From assembly GCA_002269645.1 (NCBI GenBank), contig NIVC01001840.1, forward strand, positions 124,001 to 188,000: a stretch of DNA of 64,000 nucleotides. The letters are read 5' to 3'. The notes below the pieces were generated by a model. That model worked only from the letters and a program-made list of their open reading frames with translations, was not told where the DNA came from and ran no database searches. The translations under genes and the position numbers were made by a program. Position 1 is the stretch's first letter. The number at the start of each line of letters is the position of its first letter. This document shows, piece after piece, positions 47,506 through 58,893 of this stretch. This stretch comes from Macrostomum lignano (Eukaryota).

Positions 47506-49261
47506 AACGATATTTTTATTACACTACTAAGAACGAGCTCATAATGCAAACACTTTTTAGTTAGCCTTGAAATCTTAAAAGTCGTTATATGCATCATATA
47601 TGTTACCTATGTAGTGTGTTAATAAGCAATACGAGCGTATCTGCACGAATAATAAAAACCCACTGAAAATCTCCTCCAAAGTGCTGTATTTTGTGTTTAC
47701 TTCGCTGAGCAAGAGCAGTGTCAGTGGTAATAAATCAACGTAATTATCCTTTCATTGGCTCGGGCTTTTTGACGAAGATGGACCGACCAGCAGTAAACAG
47801 GATCTGCTTTCGCTTCACTAGAACCAATTTGACTAGTAAATACGCATTATATACTACTCGATACTACTCGATAATTCTGCCTAATGGTTAAAACATCTTG
47901 ATGAGGACGCACTTTTTCCCAAATCCCGCGCTAGCACATGGGCTCTAAACTTACTAGCCTACTAACAGTGGGCGATGGGCATTTTTATCCTTTTTCTGCG
48001 AATAGTCATAGAATCTATACTAGATATAATGTCTGGCCATACTAGTAGTCATAATAACATAGGCATTGCTTTTTGGGTCATAAATCATCGCTTTCGAAGC
48101 TGGTCTGACAGCCACCTGCGCCTCACTCAGTGTTGAGACGGGCGCCAGATGGTCTGAGAGGATGCGGGCGGTAGCTTTTTTCTCATCATTTTGACAGGCC
48201 ATCAAGATTTATGAGGTCAGAGCCCATTGTTCGGATTCACTCAAGCGTGTGACAGCTTTGACAGCTATGCGTTTTACCCCTAAAAGTACTTTGGGATTAG
48301 CGATTAGCGATTTCTCTTCATTATCTTCACTTTCTATTTAATAAGAGCTTTCTAATGTATATTTTTTCATTAATTTCTGTCAATCCTACGCGAAAAGTCA
48401 TAAATCATTTTGTTGCGATTTTGAGTGATTTATGGCCGCACCTGTCATCTTTTTACGACCCTGTGGGAACTGATAGGATCTCTCGGTCACGTGATTCTGG
48501 GTGGCAACAAGCTTAGCCAATCAGAAAATTCGGCGCTCATTTTAACAAAACGGCTCAGCCAATCAGAATCGACGTGTTCCATTATAACAAAATGCGGTCC
48601 AGTTGGCGGCTATTTAAACCGGAGTTTTTGGCCCGCTCGGACACAACTCTTGCTCGGGCCCAGCACGCAGCTTCTGGTTCCCGGAGCGCGACCGTCGTTT
48701 CTTGATCCCCGGATTGCGACTTCCCCCCATCATCATCAAGGACGAGTCCCCCGGTCGTCAGCAGCGAACATCAAGCGAAGATCATCACCTGCTAGCTATT
48801 AGCGAAGATTGTATCAGCATCATCCCGAGTCTACAGCTGCGAAGCATCAAGCCGATTCGGTCACTGTGGATTACCTGGTCTCCGGCTGTTGAGTTTCTGA
48901 TTGGTTGGGTGAGAGGCTACCTAGACTTGCTTGATTGGGTGATCCCCTATCTGTCCCCTGTTTCAGTAGCTGAATTAGGCGCACACTTTTGCTCATTTTG
49001 TTCAGTAGTGCTGTTACTGAGGCAGAAATCACTTAATAATACTACTAGTAGTCTGAAACTCCAATTCAATCTGAGGTGTGAAGTGATCTAAGGAGAAGGT
49101 TAAATCTAACAGTTATTTTTATCGGTTTTATTTCTTTGTTCGCCGATGGCTCAGATGAGTGGCTAAGCTAGTAGGCGCCGGTCACAGTGGACCAATGGCC
49201 AGGCAGTCCCCAGTCGATCAATCAATCAAATCAGTGAGCAAAACTGCCAGAAGTGCAGAAT

Positions 49262-49912
49262 CGGCGCCAGAGATGTACTTTGTGCACTCTAGGTTAGCCA
49301 AGCGGCTCGGGTAATGAATCATGCGAGGTCTCTGAAGTTCGAGTTAGTCTATCATCAGCGCTATGAGAGGCTAGTTGGCGCGTTGAAGGCCAAAAGTACA
49401 TATCTTCGTATTTAGCAATGTAATAGTACATGTAGCTACCCCATAGACTCGCCACTGCAAGAATCCCCTGCACAAGTCCCCTCTGTACCTGCATGGCCAA
49501 TGCGATCTAGTCCCAGCAGTGTCCCTTATCATCGGCTATGACTTCGAGATTGACAGCAAAAAGACACTAGTTGGCAGGTAAGTGCAAAGCCCCTTCTAGT
49601 CGGAAGCCCGATTTCGAGAGTCCCGGTGTGGTGAGCCAGGACGCACGGGCTGGTGGCAGCGAGTTAGCTTAGTCTGCGGATGAGCTAATTTCTACCTTCA
49701 AAATTCTCCCTGCTTGTCTCTCGCTGTCCCTCTCTTAGCTATAGGACCTAGACTGCTCGCCCCACGATAAAGCTACCATGGGGCTGACCATCTGACAGGA
49801 GTGGGGGGCCAGGACTCTAATTGATTTATTTCTGAGGCCTGAGGCCCGAAGGCTTCCTCACAAGGGGCCTGAAAGGTCGAAACCCATCAATCTATAGAAT
49901 AGATTTGATACA
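49262..49912 (-). mobile_element. Putative LTR (49274-49912) followed by a primer-binding-site-like sequence
   Basis: Termini TGTA...TACA; on the minus strand the LTR end is followed by TCTC-TGGCGCCGA. No second LTR or gag/pol is visible. Confidence 0.5.
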
Positions 49913-49964
49913 TGTACTTATTTAAGCAGTCTAGCTTCATATTCTTCGTCACATCACTACTGCA

Positions 49965-50420
49965 CGCTATCTGCACACTATCTGCACACTATCTGCACAC
50001 TATCTGCACACCATAAAATATCTGCACATTATTTTTACACTATCTGAGAACTATCTGCACAACATCTGCACACCTTCTGCACAAATTCTACAAAATATCT
50101 GCACACGATCTGCACACTATCTGTACACCGTCTGCACACTATCTGCACACCATCTGCACACCGTCTGCACACTATCTGCACACCATCTGCACACCGTCTG
50201 CACACTATCTGCACACTATCTGCACACCATCTGCACACCGTCTGCACACTATCTGCACACCATCTGCACATCATTTGCACACCGTCTGCACACTATATGC
50301 ACACTATCTGCACATCATCTGCACACCGTCTGCACACTATCTTCTGCACGCTATCTACACCTTATCTGTACGCTATCTGCACGCGATTTGTACACTATCT
50401 GCATACATGTACTATCTGAA
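49965..50420. repeat. 11-bp minisatellite (CTGCACACTAT and variants)
   Basis: Direct inspection. Confidence 0.92.
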
Positions 50421-51214
50421 AACTATTAACACACTATCTGCAAAAGCAATCTGTATGAAACTAGAGGCATAGGGAAATGAGACTATAGATGCACTGAAGA
50501 ATGAAACTAGATGCTTTTGGGAATGAAAGTTCCTAAAATTAAAGTAAAATTCTCTGCCTAAAGAACGAATTTCATTCTGTCAGAATGACGTAGATGAAAC
50601 GGGTCTTTTGGAATCGAATCAATCACTAAGGAATCGAATTCTGCATGAAAGTTCGGCGAAAATCATTCGCAGTTGCAATTATTCATAGAAAAATGACAAA
50701 GAAAGACAAAACGACAAAGAATCGAGTCTAGCTATTGATCTCAGAATCTGCAGGTGAGGTGTCGAATTACTCGTTTCAGCTCCTTCTATCAGTATTCGTT
50801 AGATTTTTCGAGAATAAAAATGACGTATCCAAGCAGCTACAGGATCGAATAATTGAATTTCGAATTTGACCAATCAGGTTGTATCGAATTTAAACAAAAT
50901 TTAAATTGCATCTCAGTTCTTTGTTAAAATGCTACTTTGGCGACAATTTGAGCTGGAATTTTTCAGAACGGAGAATTGCGATAGAGCAGTACAGCACTAA
51001 AGTCTGCCAGGTAAGAAGCAATCTACATGTGCTTGACTGCAATCTGACGAATGAATATTGGCGAATTAAATAAATCTCTTCTTCTGCCTCTAAATACCAG
51101 AATGACATGGTTAAAATATTTGATAGAAAACTGAATAGCTTTGAAGAAATTGAATTTGAAGCAAATAGTAAAATTAAAATAGCTAAACCAAACAGGTTTC
51201 AGAACATAGAGCCG

Positions 51215-51530
51215 TTATGGACCAGAGACATTGTGGATTGAGCAGTGATAGACCAAAGACATTGTGGATTGAGCAGTGATGAACCAAAGACACTGTGGAC
51301 TGAGCAGTGATGGACCAAAGACATTGTGGATTGAGCACTGATGGACCAAGGACACTGTGGATTGAGCAGTCATGGATCAAGGACATTGTGGATTCAGCAG
51401 TATTAGACCAAAGACACTGTGGATTGAGCAGTGATGGATCAAGGACATTGTGGATTCAGCAGTAATAGACCAAAGACACTGTGGATTGAGCAGTGATGGA
51501 CCAAAGACACTGTCGATTGAGCAGTGCTGA
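51215..51530. repeat. 31-bp minisatellite (GACATTGTGGATTGAGCAGTGATGGACCAAA)n
   Basis: Period measured from 51229 to 51260; about 10 units, ending about 100 bp upstream of GPCR paralog 2. Confidence 0.93.
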
Positions 51531-51628
51531 GCAGCAGCTGAAAATGGGCATATAACGCTCACGGTTTGACTGGGACCTGAATAAAAGTTTTATGTTCCTC
51601 ATTCTTTCAGAGACAAACTCCATCAAGG

Positions 51629-52624
51629 ATGCTGGACCGGAACTCGAGCACGGCAAATTCTCTGGACACTCGCCTAATCTACGTGCCAGTGAACGCGCTG
51701 GGCATCCTGCTCAACCTGCTGTTATTCGTCTACCTGGTGTGCAATCGAGTCACCAGCCGGTTACCGTTGGCTCTGTTCAGACTGCAGGCCTGGTTGGACC
51801 TGAGCGTGTGCACGGCCGCTCTGCTCTACCAGCTGCAGGACTGGAACAATTTACCTCTGTCTGGTTGGCTACCATTGGATCTGTTTCTGTGCAATGTGGC
51901 CTACACTGGCATGCTGTTCTGGTGCCTGTTCCTCTGGTCCGTGTTCAACCTGTGCCTGGTGGCCTGCGAGAGATACGTGGCCGTGTGCCAGCCGATGCGC
52001 TACAAATTCCTGAAGATGCGAACTGTTCTGCTCGGTATTGGCGCGTGCGTCCTGGCCAGCGCTCTGGTTTCGGCTCCCTGGTGCCTGCCGGAGATGCTAA
52101 TTGACGGCGTCTGCGACCCGTCGATTCAAGGCGATTACGTAATCAACCGCTGGCGCCTGTTCTTCACTATCCAGTTTCATATTTGGTTTTTTGTAGGCTT
52201 CGCCCTGCCACTGTTGGCAATGTCGGTGTTCTACGGCCTGATCCTGTGCGAGCTGCACGGCAAGCGGCATTCTTGCACCACCTTCAGCTCGGCTGCCAGG
52301 AGCTTCACCAAGGTGATGCTTGCAGCCAGCGCCGTGTTTGTTGTCACCCAGGCCTTTCCAAACCTGCTGTGGTTCCTGGACGGTGCGTTGCACGTCCTAG
52401 ACGCGGGCATGCAGGAGTACTTCACCGAGAGTGCCTCGATCAATATTCTTGTTTACCTGCTGACTGCGGTTAACAGTTTGGCCAATCCCTTTATCTATTT
52501 TGGAGCTCACCTGCACAGGCGGCTTTGTAGGCAGCCAGGTACAACGACAGCAACGTCGCAGCAGCAGCAGCAGCAGCAGCAGCAGTCCGAAAGCAACTGG
52601 CAGGTGGAAATCACCCGTCTGTGA
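51629..52624 (+). CDS. Intronless rhodopsin-like (class A) GPCR, 331 aa, paralog 2
   Basis: Seven TM segments, CERYVAVC, ANPFIY, short poly-Q tail; N-terminal half identical to paralog 1 at protein level. Confidence 0.92.
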   Translation: MLDRNSSTANSLDTRLIYVPVNALGILLNLLLFVYLVCNRVTSRLPLALFRLQAWLDLSVCTAALLYQLQDWNNLPLSGWLPLDLFLCNVAYTGMLFWCLFLWSVFNLCLVACERYVAVCQPMRYKFLKMRTVLLGIGACVLASALVSAPWCLPEMLIDGVCDPSIQGDYVINRWRLFFTIQFHIWFFVGFALPLLAMSVFYGLILCELHGKRHSCTTFSSAARSFTKVMLAASAVFVVTQAFPNLLWFLDGALHVLDAGMQEYFTESASINILVYLLTAVNSLANPFIYFGAHLHRRLCRQPGTTTATSQQQQQQQQQSESNWQVEITRL

Positions 52625-53884
52625 GCAAGCAGAGCTCAGACTTTGATATTCAAGAAAGCGAACCGAAGTACTTCAGCCGCTAACTGAAGAAGTTCAAGAA
52701 AATTTAGTCAGTTGGTCCAATCGACTACAAGATGCACTCTCAGAGTTACAGTGGTTTTAGGGATGGTATTTTATGACACTGATTTACCTAAAGATTAACT
52801 TGACTTATAAAACTGTCGAACATCTTTAATTAATACTATTGAATATTTGCATCCCAAAGAACGAACTACTGAGTTATTTCTTAGACCTTTTTGTTCCATC
52901 GTTCAAGCAGTTTGTATTAGCAAGGTTAACAAGGTTTTTTAGATGCAACCTCATCGAGACAAAGCTAGAAATTATTTTTCCAAAAAGTACTACTGAAAGC
53001 TGCTGAGTAGTATGACTAGTGCATTGGTTAATATATATATTTTTCAACACAGAAATTAACAGATAAAGCGCGGTACTCAAAAGAGCTCAAATTCCAAAAG
53101 TGCTTTTCCCGAAAAGCGGAGACAATGCAACAATAGTTAAAAGAAAAACAATGTCAAAATACACTGCTCAAGTCGTATAAAAAACAGGTGTTACAGGTCG
53201 CCGATCTTGAAGGCGGTTCACGGTTCACATGTAGAACGTCCCTCACGGAATGAAAGGCAGCCTTGGAACCAGATCTTCGAGGTAGACGAACTGTTAGCAT
53301 CGCGGAAGTTCCGTATAGGTAAACACAAAAAAATTGGATTCAACTCAATCGCTTCGTGCCTATCGAAAAGCTGAAACTGTGCGGGAATAATCCTGAGGCT
53401 CTAAGCAGTTTGGCAAAATCTTGAGTCCCTAATTCGCAAATCAATTTTCAGTCGGGGAAATTTCTCTAATCTTCTTCTATGCCACCTGCTAACTAATTAC
53501 TTTGCAATCGGTTCTCTCTCTGTCTCCTGTCTCTCTCGGCCTCTCTCACCTGGTCACGCAATCTTCGGATTCTCACGCACGAGGTCTTCGAATTCTTGCT
53601 TTCAGTTAATGATGAAGAATATTTCAAGTTCTGAGCAGCAAACGAACTGACAAAAGCTTTGATCGAGTGCAATTGCTTGTTGCTATGGAGATCGCTGAGT
53701 TTCCGAGTGAAGAAGAAGATGACGGTTTGCAAGTTTGCACTTTTGTTTGTTGTAGCTCGTACCTACATGTACCTCGGCATGCACATCGATAAAAAAGTTA
53801 CAGCTTGTGTTTCAGTTCGGCTAGATTGTAATCTGTTTATTAAAATATTTGTCTATGGATGCATGGGTCTGTTAGAGAGATGAA

Positions 53885-54135
53885 GCTGTTAGATAGAGAT
53901 TAACCTGTTAGATAAAAGATGAATGTATTAGATAGGGGATGAACGTGTTAGATAAGGGATGGACCTGTTAGATAAGGGACGAACGTGTTACATAGGGGAT
54001 GAACCTGTTAGATAAGGGATGAACGTGTTAGATAAGGGATGAACGTGTTAGATAAGGGATGAACGTGTTAGATAGGGGATGAACCTCTTAGATAAGGGAT
54101 GAACGTGTTAGATAAGAGATGAACGTGTTAGATAG
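53885..54135. repeat. 20-bp minisatellite (GAACGTGTTAGATAAGGGAT)n
   Basis: Direct inspection. Confidence 0.92.
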
Positions 54136-54659
54136 ACTCTCAACTTTATTAGAACTATTTTTTCGAAACGATACTTGAAATTTACTTTAAAAAACCTGTT
54201 GTTGGATGAATTTTTTTTCGTTTGAAAAATTCACGAACCTTAAATATTATTTTTCCTGTTGTAGTTTATGCATGCGAATATACACTAAATATAGTTGCGT
54301 ACTTTGCACAAGAAACTGTGTGCCAGAGGAAATTGATAAAGAAGCAATGAGCAGCTGAGTGAGAGACTGGGCCAGGTGAGAAAAGTCCGGACAGGCCTAT
54401 TTTACCTCTTCGAGAAGCACTCAGTTGCAAGAGAGTAATCTCCAAGATCGTGACAGACAGACATACGTGCGAGAATCAATATCCTAAATACTCATATAGA
54501 TAGTGGGCTAGTACAAGAAATACTTGAAAAACGGCTTCTAAATATAGACATGATTTTTTTACAAATGACGTCTACAAATCACAGGTGACAAGCAAAAAAC
54601 TTTCTGATTTCAGATTCGGACAAGCCATCATCGACTTTCAGATTTGGCAAGTAAAGCAT

Positions 54660-54970
54660 TGGTTGTTGTTGTCGTTGATGTTGTATGTTGTTGCTGTTGT
54701 TGTTGTTGTTGTTGTTGTTGACTGCGGACCGAGCTCGAAATAACCGGACCAGGTACCAAACCCCTACCGCTGACAGAGCCAGCGACAAAGGCTGAGCACA
54801 GAGGGCCGGACCGAGCCACATCCACCGCCCCTGAGCCAGGAGCGGTGACCGATTCCCGGCGCTCTTCGCCGCCCGAAGAACGGGCGTTGCCTCCCCCCCG
54901 CGACAAAGACGCGGCGCCGGATAGGGCCTGCTGATTACCCAGCAGGCTGGGAGTAAATCCCAGGGGGTGC

Positions 54971-55056
<86 letters not shown>

Positions 55057-55265
55057 TTGTATGCGGTGAGCCTCTCCTAAAGGTGACACCAACCGATGGC
55101 CCCTAGGAGAAGCGCCATTTCGTCGGCGCGAGCGAGTTGACACATTTCGGTAATGCCGTGAGTATGGCGTTGGATGTCCAGGGCCGGGCAGTTGAGAAGG
55201 TGTGTTGTTGTTGTTGTTGTTTGTGGTGGTGTTGTTGGTGTCTTTGTCTTTGTTGTTGTTGTTGT
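54660..55265 (-). mobile_element. Stack of short 3' ends of (AAC)n-tailed LINEs separated by (AAC)n tracts
   Basis: 55054-55200 encodes HLLNCPALDIQRHTHGITEMCQLARADEMALLLGAIGWCHL* and ends GCTCACCGCATAC-(AAC)n, matching the copy at 44148-45018. 54721-54970 ends CCGCAGT-(CAA)n and is more diverged. Confidence 0.75.
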
Positions 55266-56214
55266 TTTATTTTTTCGATACATATATGGGCTCCGATGCT
55301 ACTTTTATCTTGTATGAAATTCTGCTTATTTAACAGAATCAAGCATAGCTCGTAGCGAATCAGAACTAAAATATATATTTTACCTGTGTTGCAGTTTGGA
55401 TGCAAGTCCCTCGGGAAGAAGGAGGATAAAGTATTAATAATTTTTGACATGTCATCAGAGAAGCCACAACAATCAATCAATGCTATCAGACCTATTAGAT
55501 TCTATTAGATAGCTACCGCGAGGCAATTTCTTATGAGGGGAAAATTGTTTTAATAATGATTGCCTATCGAAGCTTTTTCCTTCGAATTCCGGATGAGATC
55601 CCTCAGAGGCCTGCAGACTCCTAAAGCAGATTCAGCAATCGATGTAGCTATCGAGGCTACAGCAGATCAAGGAAGAGAGGCAAATAGATTGAAAAAAACA
55701 GCGTATAGATCGAAGCTCACGGCAGTTTTCAAAGTCTAACAGACCTAAATTTAGTACCCAAAAACGCAGCTTTTTTCGACGTGATTCTCAAAGCGAAGTG
55801 TCCTATCAATACGAAGATAAACAAACTTATTTGATCAATTATACATCCATGGACAACTGCTGTAGAAGGACGCTGCAATCGATGTTTTTGAGAAATGAGG
55901 CGGCTAAGGAACGTATATTTGTCGCAGATGACGAAGAGTGTTGACGTCATCTTGTACTCGTACAGAGCGCCATAAGAACGTTGGAGTCGATTTTATTACG
56001 AGTAATGCCGCAGTCACGTCTTTTTCGTCTATGGCACAAGGTGTGGCTATGTTGTTGCCCTTATGGTATGATGCGAATACTCTGGTCGCATCGCTAAGAA
56101 CGCATTACTCTAAATGGGGTCTCGCCAAAGACACATCTGGTCAAAGGAAATCCTCCCTAGAAACATCTCTCGATTTCTCATGAGCATACCAATATAAGTT
56201 CCTTATTCGCCTTA

Positions 56215-56345
56215 GCGGCAGCTATTGCAAAGGCTGCGTGCGGCTGTTCAGTCCAAGGACTGGGGGGTCGCCACACACACCCCTCAATTACTGTACCCCA
56301 GCTAATGGTGGCGCCCATTTTACAGCTGGGTGGATGCATTGCGCG
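56215..56345 (-). mobile_element. Partial SINE body, homologous to 58695-58810
   Basis: Shared AAGGCTGC..TTCAGTCCAAGG..GGGGGTCG.CACACAC..CCTCAA.TAC..CCCCAGCT...CCCATTTT.CAG. Confidence 0.6.
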
Positions 56346-58893
56346 TGCAGTGAAAACCGGCTTAGGCCGGTTATTAGCTATTCGGAAATTAAAACGAGTT
56401 AACAGTGCGTTTTACTTAGGAGTCAATAAATAGTATCTGTAATAAGCATGCTTAACTACTAAAACATTATCGTCGCTTCATATTTATATTCAGTAGAATA
56501 GATTCAGTAATTTTAAATACGTTTTTTACTCGTATATCTTTCGATTTCAAACTAGCTAAAATGACTACGACGTTAAGACGTGTCGCAGTCAGTCATCATT
56601 AGCTAAATTAGCTAATTAGGGTTGTTGTCATTAGCTAAAACGCGTTGCAAACTAAATGGCTTATTATGAGATTAAATCTGAACACTGCTTAATGAATGGC
56701 TAGCGAAAGTCGAGGGTACACCCTAAGTGAGAGCGCGTGGTGTCTGCTTCCTGTGTGCAAACTTGCCTCCTAAATTTTCGACCTGATTTGCTATGATGAC
56801 CGAAGCCCGGCATACATATGAACACACTAATTTAGTAAAAGCTGATGTCGTGCACCTGTCTAACCATAGGAAACAGTACTCGCAACATTCTGTGCTACTT
56901 AATTCTCCAGTCTCCTGTAAGCGCGCCTCATCCAAACAAAAAGATTGAACTCGGAACATCCTACAAGCTGATGTATCCCAGTTCATAATTAGCATAGTAA
57001 ACCGCAGCAAACAAAAGGGTTAGCATGCATCGATCCCTCATTTCGACAGATTGCTCATTAAGACGCGCACAAAATGCTCATACTACTTGCCCATTTGCAT
57101 CTAGGTCCATTGGCAAAGTCACCATTGAACGATACATGCAGTGTGTGTATCGAGTCGAGCTTTGAGCATCCGCTCTCAATCTGCTCGCTAACTAGCTAGC
57201 TCGTGCACTGCAACTTGAGACAGAAGCGACTCGTATGCGCAGGCGAACTAATCCTCCGAGTCGCCTCAAACATGTCCTACTCGTGCTTATAATTACTTCT
57301 AATCCCTTCTTCTGTATGTCTATACTCGCGGAGTAGCTATGCGTGTACTCAGTTGAGTTTGCGAATTCATCCAAAGCTACCACTGCATGTGGCTGCATGT
57401 GAGCTATACGTACGCTCACGCATGCACACTGGGCACGAGAGGGAGAGGGGGGGGAAACGGCTCAGCATCTGGCTGCCGAGCTTTAAAGCAAGTGCTTCAA
57501 TCCCGTCCTGTGCCCAGCACGCACCATTGAGCTGCCCATGCTTTTTCTTGATTCGCCCATTTCTTCCATCCCAACGGAGCCCCTCCCTTGGCCTGTACCC
57601 TTTTTTGATCTCCGTTTTTGCAGGCTTCCCTCCATCCAACATCCACCGACGGGAATGCCCTACTCTCCTCTCATGCATGCAGGTCTCGAAGCCGCATACA
57701 GTAGCTCTTAATCCCTTGCCCCATGCTAGATCTTTCCTTGTTGGTCCACTTCTTTCTTCGTTAAGTAATACTATGAAAGTGTATATGAACACCTCTTGCA
57801 TACTTCGCTAGATACCAGCTACATAGCATGTATTCATCTTCGATTGTATTCGCATTTTCAGAAGTGCAACAACCCCTCTCCTCGCCAAACCGCCCACAAG
57901 GCCACTGTAGATTGAACCACGAGCCTGTCCTTACACTTGTATTGTGATTGCACCTTACAATCTCATCCAATGGTTGAGTTCCCCAGCGGCTGAGCTTAGC
58001 TAGCTTAGCTACTATAATAAGACTTATTTTACCTGCGTAGGATTGAGGTACGAGCTACCTAGTTACGCCGACGTATTCAGACTCGATAAGGCGCTGTATT
58101 GAACCCTGATTATTCGATCAGTTGTGCCAGCATTCACCGCATGAGTCATCCGCAGCGTCGCTGCAACTCGGCTACCAGCCGTAGCAGCGCTTCCGGCGAC
58201 TCGAACCATGAAGGCGGCGGAAGTGGCACGGTCGCAGGTGGCGCTACCGCAGCTACCGGCGGATGCTTTGAGTCAGTGCACGAACGGGTTGGCAGCTACT
58301 TTAAAGTCAAAGGGATTAGAAGAACGTCTAGGTGAGTGCATGAAGCTTTACTATAGTATTACTGAGCAAGCACGCGAGAGCTTATAAAAGAGTACTTGAT
58401 GCGTCGAGTCCATAATTTCCCTCTTGAGTCAGCTAATGAGTGGGTACATGTAATTCTTGGGTGAGCTTTGAGTTCGAAAAAGTTCATGGCTGAGTTCATC
58501 AGTGTGTTCCCTGCAGTGGCTCCTCTGCTCTCGGCCCTAGCTTTCTCCGACGTGCCCCCGGCATCCCGTTTCGGCCATGCATTGTTGCGCATCAGTGGCA
58601 TGCTGTTCTGACTATATGCACTTTTTAAAATTAAACCTGCTCTAATGGGCAGATGTGCAACCGACAGCGGAGCCGAAGCTATTGCGCGGCGCATCTAAAA
58701 GGCTGCTTACGGCTTTTAATTCAGTCCAAGGGGGGGGGGTCGTCACACACCCTCAAATACCCCCAGCTTATATAATAATGCTGGTACCCATTTTTCAGTT
58801 AACCTGGGTTAACTGAAGGAATGCAGAGTTATAAGTGTCTTGATGACTTCATCAAGGACGCAATTGTTACGAGTGGATCGAGAATCGAACCCC

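Noticed and set aside
48462-49111. Solo LTR (TG...CA with CCAAT and TATA-like boxes)
   Set aside because: The flanks (GACCC / GTTAT) give no target-site duplication, so it is not listed as a feature.
49833-49890. Hammerhead-like GGCCTGAAAGGTC-GAAAC inside the putative LTR (retrozyme idea)
   Set aside because: A stem II and GAAAC are present, but the required CUGANGA core is not (CTCACAAG), and stems I and III do not close.
53493-53732. Coiled-coil-like ORF on the minus strand
   Set aside because: Neighbouring frames are full of stops and no family motif is recognisable.
58141-58332. Possible plus-strand first exon (MSHPQRR...VKGIRRTS followed by GTGAGT)
   Set aside because: It has an ATG and a good donor, but I found no downstream exon or homology to support it; left unresolved.
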